Source: Hemiscyllium ocellatum
Lineage: Eukaryota
DNA: 64,000 nucleotides
NCBI RefSeq assembly: GCF_020745735.1
Contig: NC_083407.1
Span: forward strand, 54,179,857 to 54,243,856
Direction: 5' to 3'
Part shown: piece by piece, positions 1 through 12,303 of the stretch
Layout: the number at the start of each line of letters is the position of its first letter
Numbering within the stretch: position 1 is the first letter of the stretch
Notes under the pieces: generated by a model
Told to the model about the DNA's origin: nothing
The model's database searches: none
Seen by the model: the letters and a program-made list of their open reading frames with translations, nothing else
Program-made: the position numbers and the translations under genes

Positions 1-420
1 TGTTCAGTTAATATTCAAAAGGTGAGTTATTCGTGTTCTTTTGTAAATATCGGCTGGTGCGTGTCGAAGGGACGTAAGTAGCTTGTTTCTGCTGCCTTTA
101 AAAAGTGTTTGAGAGTTTAAACATCGCCGGTCTGTTGGACTAATGGTGGGTTGGGCCTGCAGCAGGGAAGGAAGTACTCGAGCTAAACGCCTGGATAGTC
201 CACGGATTGTTCAGAGCCAGTTACTTACTGATTTGTGAAAAATACGATGAAAAACAGTTAACTTTTATTTGATCGTGGAGAAATTGTTTCGAATTACTTG
301 TACGGTTTTCGCAATTTCTATCGATGTACGAATATCTTTTAACGCCTCAATAGTCTGATCGCCATTCGGACTAACAGTTTCGTAACGTTAGACTACATCA
401 TCGCAGAAGTATGAACAAAG
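1..420 (+). promoter_or_regulatory. CpG-enriched 5' region of MARCHF7, probably the end of non-coding exon 1 (donor AAG|GTGAGT at 21/22; alternative GAC|GTAAGT at 73/74) and start of intron 1
   Basis: More than 20 CpGs in about 420 bp of modest GC content, while the rest of the window is strongly CpG-depleted; two consensus splice donors on the gene's strand. Confidence 0.55.
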
Positions 421-592
421 TCTGACTGGTTTAATATTGTTGAGTCTTTTTTTAAAAAAACTGTTCTCGAGGAAACCTGCGATGGTAATCCTAATGGAGA
501 TAAAGGAATGTTCAAGACATTGAAGAGCATAACTTGGAGCCTGTGTTTTGTCAGTGTACTGATTTAATTTTAAACTCGGCTTTTGGATAAAA

Positions 593-669
593 GCTGCAAA
601 TGTGTTGCTGGTCAAAGCACAGCAGGCCAGGCAGCATCTCAGGAATAGAGAATTCGACGTTTCGAGCAT
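593..669 (-). mobile_element. 5'-truncated Penelope-pLTR-derived insert (family A), 12-bp TSD
   Basis: Near-identical to the 10597-10670 arm; flanked by ttttggataaaa at 581-592 and 670-681. Confidence 0.8.
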
Positions 670-974
670 TTTTGGATAAAATACTGTTGGGGAAGGGGTA
701 TAGTGAAGAGATGGAAATGCTATAGGTACTGTTAGACCTCAAAAATATTATTTGTGCACACTTGGAACAGATTGTGCTTAGTGCTGTGTTGGCGAGTGGC
801 AAAGCATCTGGAAGTATGCAGAGTATGGTATACAGTAGTGATTTTGCACCAGTTGTAACATGTTGGAAGCTATCGCATCTTATACTACAAATGAGTATGT
901 GTCAGTTTGGTAGGAAGGACCTTCCCCTACCCACCATTGATTTCATGCTATTTAAAGAAATATTTTTAGGTTTA

Positions 975-1284
975 GATTTTTTAGAATGGATTACTTAGTG
1001 TGGAAACGGGCCCTTCGGCCCAACAAGACCACACCGACCCGCTGAAGCGCAACCCACCCATACCCCTACCTTTACCCCTTCACCTAACACTATGGGCAAT
1101 TTAGCATGGCCAATTCCCCTAACCTGCACATTTTTGGACTGTGGGAGGAAACCTGAGCACCCGGAGGAAACCCACGCAGACATGGGGAGAATGTGCAAAC
1201 TCCACACAGTCAGTCGCCTGAGTCGGGAAATGAACTTGGGTCTCTGGCGCTGTGAGGCAGCAGTGCTAACCACTGTGCCGCCCA
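975..1284 (-). mobile_element. HE1-like V-SINE (tRNA-derived)
   Basis: Reverse complement has a tRNA-like head (ggcacagtggttagcactgctgcctcacagcgcc), the V-domain (tgtgtggagtttgcacattctcccc) and a LINE-like tail. Confidence 0.85.
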
Positions 1285-2087
1285 CAGTCTTATTTTGAAC
1301 TTGAGTATTTCCTCTCTATATTTGTTTTAAAGTTGCAGAATTTTTACAGGAAGCAGTTTGGTAGTAAAGTGATTGCTGATTTCAAGGCCTCTGTCAAGCT
1401 AGTTGTTCCCAAACGTGTGTGTTGTAGGCAATCTCCTTCAAATATAATTTGGCCAAGAATAACAATGGATGCTAATGGAAGAGGGAGGTTGAGAAATATT
1501 TCTCCCTAAAGGGCCATTTCTGCCCAAAGTACTCCATCCTGAACCTTGGTGATGAATGATGATTGAAACATCTGCTGTTTTCAGTAAGAATGACCTTTCT
1601 GAAGTATACTACCTACTGCACTCTCAACTGAAGCCTCAGTAGAGCAAAGACCATGGCTATGAACTTGTAACATGTTTGGTTCTTTCTAGTTTGGGGAAGA
1701 GATGTTGGCAGCACCTTGAGTTGCCATCTGCTGTTCCCTACATTTACGGAGTTAACTACATTTTGTTCATTTATTAGGGAGAAGCAGGCATGTGTTTTTG
1801 ATCAAACTATGGGTTTTCTTGTGGGTCATGATGTTATTAACTGTGCAGATGATGTTTTGCTGGCATTACATGTCACTTCTGTCTTACACCAGAACTAAGA
1901 GGGATTGTTTTCCTTCAGTGTCCTGCTGTTGCCCAAGTCAATGCCCAGCATCCTGGCAGCAGTCATAATACTTTTATTCTGTACTGAAAACTCCATTTGA
2001 ACCACCATATCAAAGTTTAATTACTAGGTGACTATTTGCTCAACATGGTAGATAACTCCATTGTGCAACTGTGCATATATGCAAAGT

Positions 2088-2196
2088 CATGATGTTGAGG
2101 TGCTGGTGTTGGACTGGGATGGACAAAGTTAAAAATCACATGACACCAGGTTATAGTCCAACAGATTTATTTGGAAATACAAGCTTTCAGAGTGCT
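2088..2196 (-). mobile_element. Penelope-pLTR-derived fragment (family B)
   Basis: Shares ggtgttggactgg...ggttatagtccaacag.tttatttggaa with 15826-15925. Confidence 0.6.
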
Positions 2197-4549
2197 TATA
2201 GAAAGTGAGAGACCATTGAAATGCTAATTTGAATGAGGCCTGCAGACACTGGTACATGTCTACTTCATGTTGTACCATTGTACTGATATGAGAGAGTTGT
2301 GTGTTGGCAGCAGTTATTTGCTGAGAAAGAGAGAACAGGCAATCCAGACAGTCCTTTTTGTGGCTGAGATGCCTGTGGAAATCATAAGTGTCCAATTCCA
2401 CTAATAACAGCACCAATTTCCTGTGTTCATGTGGCTGTCCAAAAATAAGATCACTACGTTTCAACCAAATATCATTAGTTGTTCTATGGAATATTGTATT
2501 AATCATCCTTGTGTATGCCCTCGACATTTGCCTTCCACAAGAGTGTACAATTAAGAGCATATCTAGTGTAGATAATAAATCTCTCTAACTGAACCTCAAA
2601 TATATTCAATGACCTAACCTACTGTGCTGTCTGGAGTATATTTAGATTTTTAATCACCCTGAGGCTAAATTATCCTCTTCATCTTAAATAAGGTGACCAC
2701 TAATTCTAGTACTTTGCCACTTGTTCCAGGTTCTCTCGCACAGGGAAATATTTTCTCAGCATCTACCCTGTCGAGCTTCCTCAGAATGTTGCATGTTTTG
2801 ATATCATCCTGTCTTATTCTCCTGAACTCCATTAAGGATTGGCTCAATGTGCTCAACCTTTCCTCACCCCTAGTAATCAACCCAGTGCAACTTTGTTTCA
2901 TGAATATTACTCTTTTTTTAGATGATCCTGTGTGAATCTGTCTGTTTTACTGCTCCAGTGCAGTGTTATCCCAGCAGCTGGTGGAATGCTGTTGATTTTC
3001 ATAGAGACAACCTGGAGTGGCTCTGGGCCTACAAGAGCTGGCTGAAGTAGTACATTCTAAATTGGATGGCAGCAGTCTGGATTTGGTAGGCCATGTAAGA
3101 GCAAAGGTATGGTGGAGTGGGACAGGTTGTCCACAGATTGTGGACAAATTTGCCCAGGAAAGTGTCTCGTAATCCTAACAATCTATTGAAGATTAGAATG
3201 CTGGCCTGCTGTGACTCCCTGTATACACCTTTTGAATACAGTAATCCATAAAAAGGTAGCATCCGACGTTGCAAGGAAATAAGTTAACCTTGCATGACAG
3301 CTGTCTGAAATTCAACTCTAGTGCCTGTGTGTTAGTTTTAATTGGGCTTTTGCTGTAGTGAAAGCTGGAACATTAATCAATCAATCACTGTGTGTTTTTG
3401 TCCTAAAGTTTACAAAGAGTTGATTTCTAAACTATCAACTTAGCATTGATTGCAGGCTTGACCCACTTTGACGTGCCTATCCATGAGCATTCATCTAAGT
3501 TTCTCCAGTTGTTTCATAGTCACTGTGAGCATTTTATTCCAGATGTAATTTACCTGACTTTAAATTACCAAATTGCCATGGTGCGAATTGAACTCTTGTC
3601 TCTGGATCATTAGTTCAGTCCTCTGGATTATTGATCCCAAAACAATCATTATGCTAGTGTTTCTCTTGAGAGATCCTTGAACTGCTCTACACTGCATCAA
3701 GTACTCAGAACTAATATGGGAATTTTATACAATCTGTCTTTGTTAACTCTTTCATGCAATTTACGACAATCTATTCCATGTGTTTAGCTCAACCAGAAAT
3801 GATACGTTAGAATTTACAGCCAACATTTGTGTTTTGTAATGAAACTAATAACAATCTTGTTTAATACCTGTAATCACTGAGAATGCAATTACAAGTCTTC
3901 CTGTCGCTGTTATCCTTTAAAGAATGAATCTGACTCAATGTTTGGCTATATTCCACAAACATTTTGGATCTTTATGCAGGAAAGTGTCACCCTTCAAGGA
4001 GTGAAATCAAACCCAAAGTAAAGTTCGGAAAGTCTGGTAGCATCTGTGACATGAAATCGGAGTTAACATTTTGGATCCAGTGAGCTTTCCTCTGAACTGA
4101 TGAATAAAGGAAGAGCTATTGGGATTAGTAAAAAAGTTTAGTCAAAGGAGTGGAGGGGCAGAGATTTAATGGAGGTCATTCTACACTCTAGAACCTACAG
4201 AGCTGAAAGCACAATAGCCACTGGCATCAAACGTGACATGAGGTCACAAACAAGACCAGAATCAGAGGAACCCAGAGTTCTGAGAGTGCTGCAAGATGGA
4301 GGAGGTTACAGATATTGAGACAGATCCTACAGAAGAATGTGGATTACAAGGCAGAAAATTGTAGCTTTTCATGATTGGATTGGTGGACTGAAAATAAGTG
4401 TAGACCCATGACCATAGAATTAAAGTGGATGGGACTTGATGTCCCCTTGGATACAGAGTGCAGAATTTTCTGAGTGATAATCTGTGGAGTGTGCAAGATG
4501 GGAAATTTCCAAGAAGAATATTGGAATAGTTGAATCCAGTTCTGCAATC

Positions 4550-4740
4550 CTCACTGCAGATACCGGAGATCAAAGTCAAGAGTGTATTGCTGAAAAAGCG
4601 CAGCAGGTCAGGCAGCATCTGGGGAGCAGGAGAATCAACATTTTGGGCATAAGCTATTTGTCAGGAAAGATGAAAGCTTACACCCAAAATGTCGACTTTT
4701 CTACTCCTCTGATGTTACCTGACATTCGTTTTTCCAGTCC
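4550..4740. mobile_element. Degenerate family-A hairpin element
   Basis: gcagcaggtcaggcagcatc...gagaatcaacattttgggcataagc followed by its decayed inverse (gcttacacccaaaatgtcgacttttct...gatgttacctgac). Confidence 0.6.
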
Positions 4741-6149
4741 TCATTTTCTACCTGTTATCAAGACTGAGCCAGTCTTCTGATAAAGACTTAATGGGTTATC
4801 CTTTTCCATTTGGTCTTAGTAACTTGGAATAATATCACAAAGAAGGATTGGTGGCAATGAATCTACTTCACACATCCCAAATGGTGCAAGTGTACACAAC
4901 CATGACGTTATAAGCAATGATCATTTGAAGATTTAATTTAGCCATTGAGATGATAGCTGCAGTGGGCTGTAACATATAACATATTGAACAATAGTGCAGA
5001 TTCTCTAGATAGAGCTCGCGGCTTCTTCAGGTTAGCATTATAAAAAAACCACAACCATGTAAGGAGGAAGATCAAAGTTGAGGAAGTTGTGGGTGTACAA
5101 GCACACAGTCAGTTAGCTTCTGTGAATGGAGCTGCCAGTTTAAAAATGCTGCAGAACTGATCACAATGCTAAGCCTACCTCTAGAAGTTAAAGCTAGAAA
5201 TAGTGAAAATTACAGAAAAGGCTTGCGTCAAGATCTACAAGGGTTTGTGTAAATATTTAGTAAACAAACATTGTTATAATTGTTTAAAATGAGGGAAATT
5301 GCAAAATTAATTTTGCAGAAAGGCTGCTTATTAAGAAAATAGTTAAAATAATTTGAATGAGTGGAAAACTCAGACTTTTGTTTAAAAAAATTATCTTGGT
5401 AGAAATATACATTTTTTTTTAATTGTATTGCGGAAAATATTCTTAAAGCCATAATGCCAGTACAGTGTAATTTTTTCCACTTTAAAAAGTGCAAATATCT
5501 CAAACAGTGCAGGTCATCTATTTTTTAGGGTACAAAATGATGGGAAAAGTGACTTATTTTAACTTTTTTTCTTTTGTAACTGTTTCAGTAACTAGAAAAA
5601 ACTTCATGGTAGATGTTACATAAAACAGTATCTGAAAGGGTTAACTGACATCATGAGAAGCATTGCCCACAGCAATGTAGAGGACTGTTCCTGTAAAGAG
5701 CTAACTGGTTGTTTTTCTCGAACTCTCTAAATGTTATGTACTTGCTGTTCATTTAACATGTCTCTCACTTATCATGTATTTCAAATGTGATATAACTAAA
5801 AATTAAGTAATATATAAAAACCTATTTATTATTCATCAAGCTTGAGCTACCTTTCTGGTAAAGGGTTAATATGAACTTCCTTCTCCATTTGATACCAGTA
5901 ACTTAGACTTACTTAATGGCATTAATGAGCCTCATGCATTTATCCAAAGTATTCCAGACCATCCAGTTGAAAAAGGCTATTTGATCAGCCAGGAGTGCTT
6001 GTGGCAATGAATGGCTAAATAAACAAGTCTGTCAGTGTTTGAACTACTAGTTACTTCAAGGGTAAACCAGAACAGCTGCATAGAAGTATGGATATAATCC
6101 CACCTGCTCTAGAGGTATGCCATAACATTTCTGAACGTTTGATTAAAAA

Positions 6150-6265
6150 TGCTGGGTTCTTAGTGCAGTGGTACTATACCTGCCTCTATGTTGAAGGGCC
6201 CAGGTTTGGGGTCCCACCTGCCCGCAGGTGTGTCCTGACATGCCGGAACAGGTTGCTTAAAATAA
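6150..6265 (+). mobile_element. Short tRNA-derived SINE (partial tandem copy at about 6090-6150; related reverse copy at about 36298-36398)
   Basis: tagtgcagtggta A-box-like and ggtttggggtccc B-box-like motifs; cccacctgc...aacaggttg.ttaaaa repeated. Confidence 0.5.
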
Positions 6266-6334
6266 TTAAAGCTCCCTTGTTCTTTTCAACTATTCACATC
6301 ACAGCTCATTTAGAAAGAGCTTGGTTCTTGTCTG

Positions 6335-6590
6335 GGCTTGTGGCATGATGGTAGAATGTCTGGCTCCAGAGGGTAGCTTGTTCAAATCGCAAGAGGCTGA
6401 AACGCTAGCGCACACAGTTCCAAACCACACACTTTCAGAATTTGAGCAAAAAATTATGGCTGACAATTCTGAAGGAGCGCTGCACTGTCAGCATTGTCCG
6501 AGTCATGTATTGAGGGCTGTCTCAGTGCAATGATGATTTTTGGGCTGGATGATTAGATTCAAGTCTGGCCTGACCCAAGGTTGATTTTTC
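6335..6590 (+). mobile_element. Old tRNA-headed SINE with a Deu-domain-like segment
   Basis: ttgagcaaaaaattatggctgacaattctgaaggagcgctgcactgtc resembles DeuSINE/SacSINE-type sequence (from memory). Confidence 0.35.
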
Positions 6591-7804
6591 TTTTAAAGAA
6601 AAGCAGTGTTCTTCCCAAATGGGACAGTAAGTTGCTGAACAGGAATAATGTCTTGAGGGAAGGGTGGAAACTGATATTGGTGTTAAACTATAGATTTATA
6701 AAAAAGGTTTTGTTCTCTGAAAGATTTTGGTTGCCTGATACGGCATGTGGCTATTAGTCTGTGAAACGATCTATGGCCCTTAGACATCAAAGGGAGAAAG
6801 TTTGGGTCATCAAGGGGAAGTATTTCAGTGAAATAGTAAAAGTTGTACTGAGGATAAGGGAGGCAAAGATGAGGAATTGATTGAGTCAAGCTATTGTAGA
6901 AATGTTGGGGAGTGAGGAGGTCAAAGAACCTTTGACAGTGGTGTTGTAAATGACATTGGAGAGTTGATATTGTATGAGGTTGTGGCAGAAGGAAGTGGAA
7001 TATGAAAGAAGGATCTTGACTGTGATCAGAATATTCAAATTATGAGATACAAGATTGAGGATGGTGGCCATAAATATGGGGAGGGGAGTTTGTGGCAAAA
7101 GAGGTTTAGGGAGTACAGGAGATTAGTGAACTTTGAGAGTAAGCAAAGTGAGTTGAGATGAAGGTTGAAATCACCCATGATGATCATTTTTTTCCATACG
7201 GGGACTGAAGGCTGAAAGGAGTTAGAATATCTGTCAGAAACCGAGGATTGAATTTGTTGTGCAATAAGGAGTGAGAATTATAAGGAAGGGATTGGGTGAC
7301 TGGAACAGCTTGGCTGGTTCAAAGGACAAGAAAGTTTTAACACAGCCTGGGAATTAACAAAATGAGGTTTGCTCAATGGCATTTTCGTCAGAGCAAATGG
7401 TGGAACGTTAAGTAAGGCAGACTTTTTGAGTCGGGGCAAAGGTGTCAACATTTGTGAGCCAAGTTTCAACCCAGATGTGATATCAATGGAATAATCCACA
7501 GCAAGGTTATGAACACCCAAGATAAAAGCAGAAAATTATGGAAGCACTCAGCAAATTGGGCAGTATCAGATGGAGAACAGAGATGCCCTCTCTTACTTGC
7601 ACCCCATCAATAATTAAACAAAAAATCAAAAATAAGATGGTTCTTGAGATAAATGGCTGTAATAATATGGTAGGTGTAAGAGTTGCATGATGAGGGTTTG
7701 TGTCTCGCCCCATTTCAAGTAAACCTGTTGGACTTTGACTTGGTGTTTGTGTGACATCTGACTTTGTTCACCCAAGTCCCACATTGTCACCTCCACATCA
7801 TATT

Positions 7805-8800
7805 CATGTACCCATCCAGGTACCTTTTAATTATACCAGCCTCCTCCACTTCCTCTGGCAGGTCATTCCATACACGCACTACTCTCTACATGAAAATGCT
7901 ACCCCTCAGGTCACTTTTACATCTTTCCTTTTTCATCTTAAACCTATGCCTTCTAGTTTTAGACTCTCCTACCCTGAGAAAGAGACTTTGGATATTCACC
8001 TGATCCATCCCCCCATTATTATATAAACTTCTATAAGGTCACTCCTCAGCCTCTGACACTTGAAGGAAAATAACCCTGGCCTGTTCAGCCTCTCCCTATA
8101 GCTCAAACCCTCCAGTACTGGCAACATCCTTGTAAATCCTTTCTGAACACTTTCAAGTTTAATAGCATCCATCCAAAGATGTACAGGTCAGGTGAATTGG
8201 CAGGGGAAATGCAGAGTAACAAAGTAGGAAAGTGGGTCTGGGTGGGATATTCCTTAGAAGTTTGGTGTGGACATGTTGGGCCAAAAGGCCTGTTTCCACA
8301 CTGTAGAGATTCTATGATCTTTCCTATATCTGAGAGACCAGAATAGGATGCAGTATTCCAATAGTGGCCTAAACAGCCATAATATGGCATCCCAACTCCT
8401 ATATTCAATGCAGATGACCAATGGAGGCAAGCATGCCAACACCGCCTTCAGTACCCTGTTCACCTGCGACTCCACTTTCCAGGAACCCAAGATGCCTTAG
8501 TTCAGTAATACTCCCCAGGATCTCACTATTAAGTGTATAAGTCCTGCCCTGATTTGCCTTGCCAAAATGCAACACCTCACATTTATCTAAACTAAACTCT
8601 ATCTGCCACTCCTCAGTTCATTGACCCATTTGATCATTTTTACTCTGAGATAACCTTCTTCATTGTCCACTAATTTTGGTGTCATCTGCAAACTTACTAA
8701 CCATACCTCTACTCAAATCATTTATATAAATGACAAAAAGCAGTGAACCTAGCAGCAATCCTTGTGGTACATCCCTGGTCATAGACCTCCTGACCGAAAA
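7805..8800 (-). mobile_element. CR1-type LINE 3' fragment with a partial HE1 SINE inserted (about 8170-8320, +)
   Basis: RT C-terminal remnants (RPLLEYCILFWS; FADDTK-like at tttggtgtcatctgcaaact). Confidence 0.75.
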
Positions 8801-9092
8801 ACAACCTCCACCACCAACCATCTCATTGGGCCTATTGTTTTTCCACGCATTTTAAGCGTCCTTCATGCCGAGATCAAATCCCTCCTTGAAATGAGTGTTT
8901 TAACCACTGAGTCAAGAATTCTGACATCAACCAAAGCTTTTTTTTAACTTGCTAATGAATGATTTTGTCATACAGCATAGAAACATATGCCCTTCAGCTC
9001 ACCATGTCTATGCCAACCAACAAACACCAAACTACACTAATCCCATTTACCTGCAATTGGTCCACAGCTTCATTTGCCCTGGCATTTTAAGT

Positions 9093-9222
9093 CTCCTTCC
9101 TCATGCAGGACTTTTGCTCGAAATGTCAATTCTCCTGCTCTTCAGATGCTGCCTAACCTACTGTGCTTTTCCAGCACCAGACTCTCTAATCTGATCTCCA
9201 GCATCTGCAGTCCTCACATTCT
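9093..9222 (+). mobile_element. Solo family-A pLTR with decayed hammerhead and tail, 15-bp TSD, inside an old CR1 3' end
   Basis: cctggcattttaagt at 9078-9092 and 9223-9237; ends with ctccagcatctgcagtcctcac like 10833-10855. Confidence 0.75.
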
Positions 9223-10595
9223 CCTGGCATTTTAAGTACACATCCAGATGCTGCTTAAATGTTAAATCCAGATCCTGCCTTCACCACCTCAGATAGCACA
9301 TTCCATATTTCTATCATTCTCTGGGTGAAAAGAATTTTCCCAGATTTCCTCTAAACCACTTATTCCTCACCTTAAACTTATGTCCTCTGTTCTTAATCAA
9401 GTCTGTCATAGGAGAAAAGATTCTTTCAATGTACTCTGTCTGCTCATAATTTTGTATACCTCAATCAGATATTCCCCTCCGTCTCCTCTGCTCGAAAGAA
9501 AGCAAACCTAGCCTATCTAGTCTAACTGGTCTGCAATGACCTGGCCTGAACAAAGGAACCATGTGAGCTATCCTCCAATTATTTGGCACTTCACCTATAG
9601 CCAAAATAATATTAGATTTCTCCACCAGGGCCTCAGAAGTTTACTACTTTGCCTCCCATAGCAGCCTGGGATGCATCTCATGGGCCCTAAGGATTTATGC
9701 ACCTTTTATGACCACTGTAACATTTTAAAAACTCCTCCTCATTAATCTTAATATGTTCTGGAACCTCATCATCCTAACTTAACTTTCCAGCTACAAAATC
9801 TTTCCCCTGTACAAAACACGTGCTTGCTTCTTTTTCTTCATCAAACTCTCAAAAACCTTTGACATCCAGGATTCCATGGACTTGCTGCCAGGGAATCTGG
9901 CACGTCACTCTTCACTCTTAGAAGAGCACGCTGACCTTCAAACTACACTATGTTTAAAAGACTCCCACTTTTGAAATGTAGACTTGCCTGTAAGTAGCTG
10001 CTCCCAGTCTGTTTGCCAAATCTTGTCTATTGATATTGAAATTGGCCTTCCCTCAACTTGGGCACCACTTTGCACTATCCTTAAAACTCTCCATAATTGC
10101 TTTGAAACTGAGAGGTGTGGTTACTATCGCCAAAATGGTTGCCCATGGTTGAGATTGAGGGGGATTTAGCGGTTTGGATCAGACATTGGCTAGCTGAAAG
10201 AAGGCAGAGGGTGGTGGTGGTTGAGAGGAAACGTTCATCTGGAGTTCAGTTACTAGTGGTGTACCACAAGGATTTATTTTGGGGCTACTGCTGTTTTTCA
10301 CTTTTATAAATGACCTGGATGAGGGCATAGAAGGATGGGTTAGTAAATTTGTGGATGACGCTAAAGTCAATGGAGTTGTCGACAGTGCCAAAGGATGTTG
10401 GAGGTTACAGAGGGACATAGATAAGCTGCAGTGCTGGGCTGAGAGGTGACAAATGGAGTTTAATGTGGAAAAGTGAGGTGTTTCACTTTGGAAGGAGTAA
10501 CAGGAATACAGAGTACTGGGCTAATGGTAGGATTCTTGGTAGTGTAGATGAGCCGAGAGATCTGTGTCCACGTGCATAGATCCCTGAAAGTTGTC

Positions 10596-10861
10596 TGCTG
10601 CAAATGTGTTGCTGGTCAAAGCACAGCAGGCCAGGCAGCATCTCAGGAACAGAGAATTCGACGTTTCGACCATGAGCCCTTCATCAGGAATAAGAGAGAG
10701 AGAGCCAAGCAGGCTTGGCTCTCTCTCTCTTATTCCTGATGAAGGGCTCATGGTCGAAACGTCGAATTCTCTGTTCCTGAGATGCTGCCTGGCCTGCTGT
10801 GCTTTGACCAGCAACACATTTGCAGCTGTGATCTCCAGCATCTGCAGACCTCACTTTTTAC
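10596..10861 (+). mobile_element. Young palindromic Penelope-pLTR-derived non-autonomous element (family A): 114-bp perfect arms, 35-bp tail, 15-bp TSD
   Basis: 10597-10710 is the exact reverse complement of 10713-10826; TSD tccctgaaagttgtc at 10581-10595 and 10862-10876. Confidence 0.9.
10732..10767 (+). ncRNA. Minimal type-I hammerhead ribozyme motif (mirror copy on - strand at 10656-10691)
   Basis: attc-CTGATGA-a-gggc tcat ggtc-GAAA-c-GTC-gaat: stem I attc/gaat, intact core, GUC triplet, palindromic ACGT stem III. Confidence 0.72.
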
Positions 10862-12303
10862 TCCCTGAAAGTTGTCACCCAGGTTGATAAGGTTAAGAAG
10901 GCATACCATGTGTTAGCTTTATTTATAGATAGGTTGAGCTTCAGAGCCATGAGGTCATGATGCAGCTGTACAAAACACTGGTGTGATCGCACTTGGAATA
11001 CACGTCCATTTCTGGTCGCTGCATTATAGGATGGATGTGGAAGCATTGGAAAGGGTGCAGAGGAGATTTAGTAAGATGTTGCGTGGTATAAAGGGAAGGT
11101 CTTATGAGAAAAGACTGAGAGACTTGAGACTGTTTTCACTAGAGAGAAGAAAGTTAAGAAATGACTTAATAGAGACATTTATGATCGGAGGATTAGATAG
11201 GGTGGAGAGTGAGATGGTGATGGCTAGAACAAAGGGACATAGCTTTAAATTGAGGGATGACAGATGTAGGACTGATGTCAGAGGTAGTTTCTTTACCCAG
11301 AGTGGTAAGGGCGTGGAATGCCCTGCCTGTAGACTTGACAACTTTTAAGGGCATTTAAATGGTCATTGGATAAACATCTGGATGATAATGGAATAGTGTA
11401 GGTTAGATGGGCTTCAGATTGGTTTCACAGGTCAGTGCAACATAAAGGGCCTGTACTGCATTGTAATGTTCTCTAGGTGGCCTCATTTGAAGACCTTTCT
11501 TGGATAGCCTCCCTCATTACTGCAGTGATAGCTTTCTTTGTTACTAATACAAAGCCCCACCTCTCCATACAGTCAATCAGGAGGTGCACTGAACACTCTT
11601 CCTGGACACGTGGTCATTATGGACACTTGAAGTGCATTCTACGGCATCAGGTTCTCCAACCTTTTAAACCTGACCAACTACAGACGACAAACTAGGAACA
11701 AATTACTCAATCTTACCCACTACTCACCAAATCAGATTTTTCTGTGTCTCACTCTCTTCCTAACAAAATACCGACCACACTCTGTTCCTCTTGGTACTAC
11801 TCTTTCAGTCTGTAAAGCTAGTTCCTATTGAATCGTGTCACCTCAAGTGCTCTGCCTCTGAATTCATTTGGAACTTGCATCTGCTCCTCTCTTCTCCCAC
11901 TGCTGCTCTGTGTGAACTTGACCTGGGCCTTGATGCTCAAACTTCCATCCAGAAGTTCCACATCTGCTGTTCTCTTCCAGATTTTCTCCTCTCTTCCGCT
12001 GCAACTTCTCTGACTGAGCTCTTGTGTCAGTATATAATTTCCTGTTCAATGTACTGCACAGAATCAACATTGACTTCACTAGTTTCCTAACCTCCCCTCT
12101 CCCCACCTCATCCCAGATCCAACACACCAACTCGATGCTGCCCTCTTGAACTATCCATCTCCCTTCCCACTTTTCCGCTCCACCCTCCCCTCTGACCTAT
12201 CACTATCAACTCCCACTTATATCTACCTATTGCTTTCCCAGCTGCATTTAAAATGTTCAAACATCTGATTCATTTTGATTTTTGTTTTGCAGTATTTTCC
12301 GGG

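Larger units (their letters stand above)
10150..11475 (+). mobile_element. CR1-type LINE, RT C-terminal half and 3' end, interrupted by the palindromic element
   Basis: [46 protein letters not shown]. Confidence 0.85.

Noticed and set aside
975-1284. tRNA genes at SINE heads (also 16325, 26345, 57970, 59838, 6150)
   Set aside because: The tRNA-like A/B boxes run into V-SINE or other SINE bodies with no complete cloverleaf
10596-10861. Classical DNA-transposon MITE or pre-miRNA
   Set aside because: The asymmetric tail, 12-15 bp variable TSDs, solo-arm copies and hammerhead core fit Penelope-type retroposition better
10521-10887. Identical peptides encoded on both strands
   Set aside because: A trivial consequence of the perfect palindrome, not protein genes
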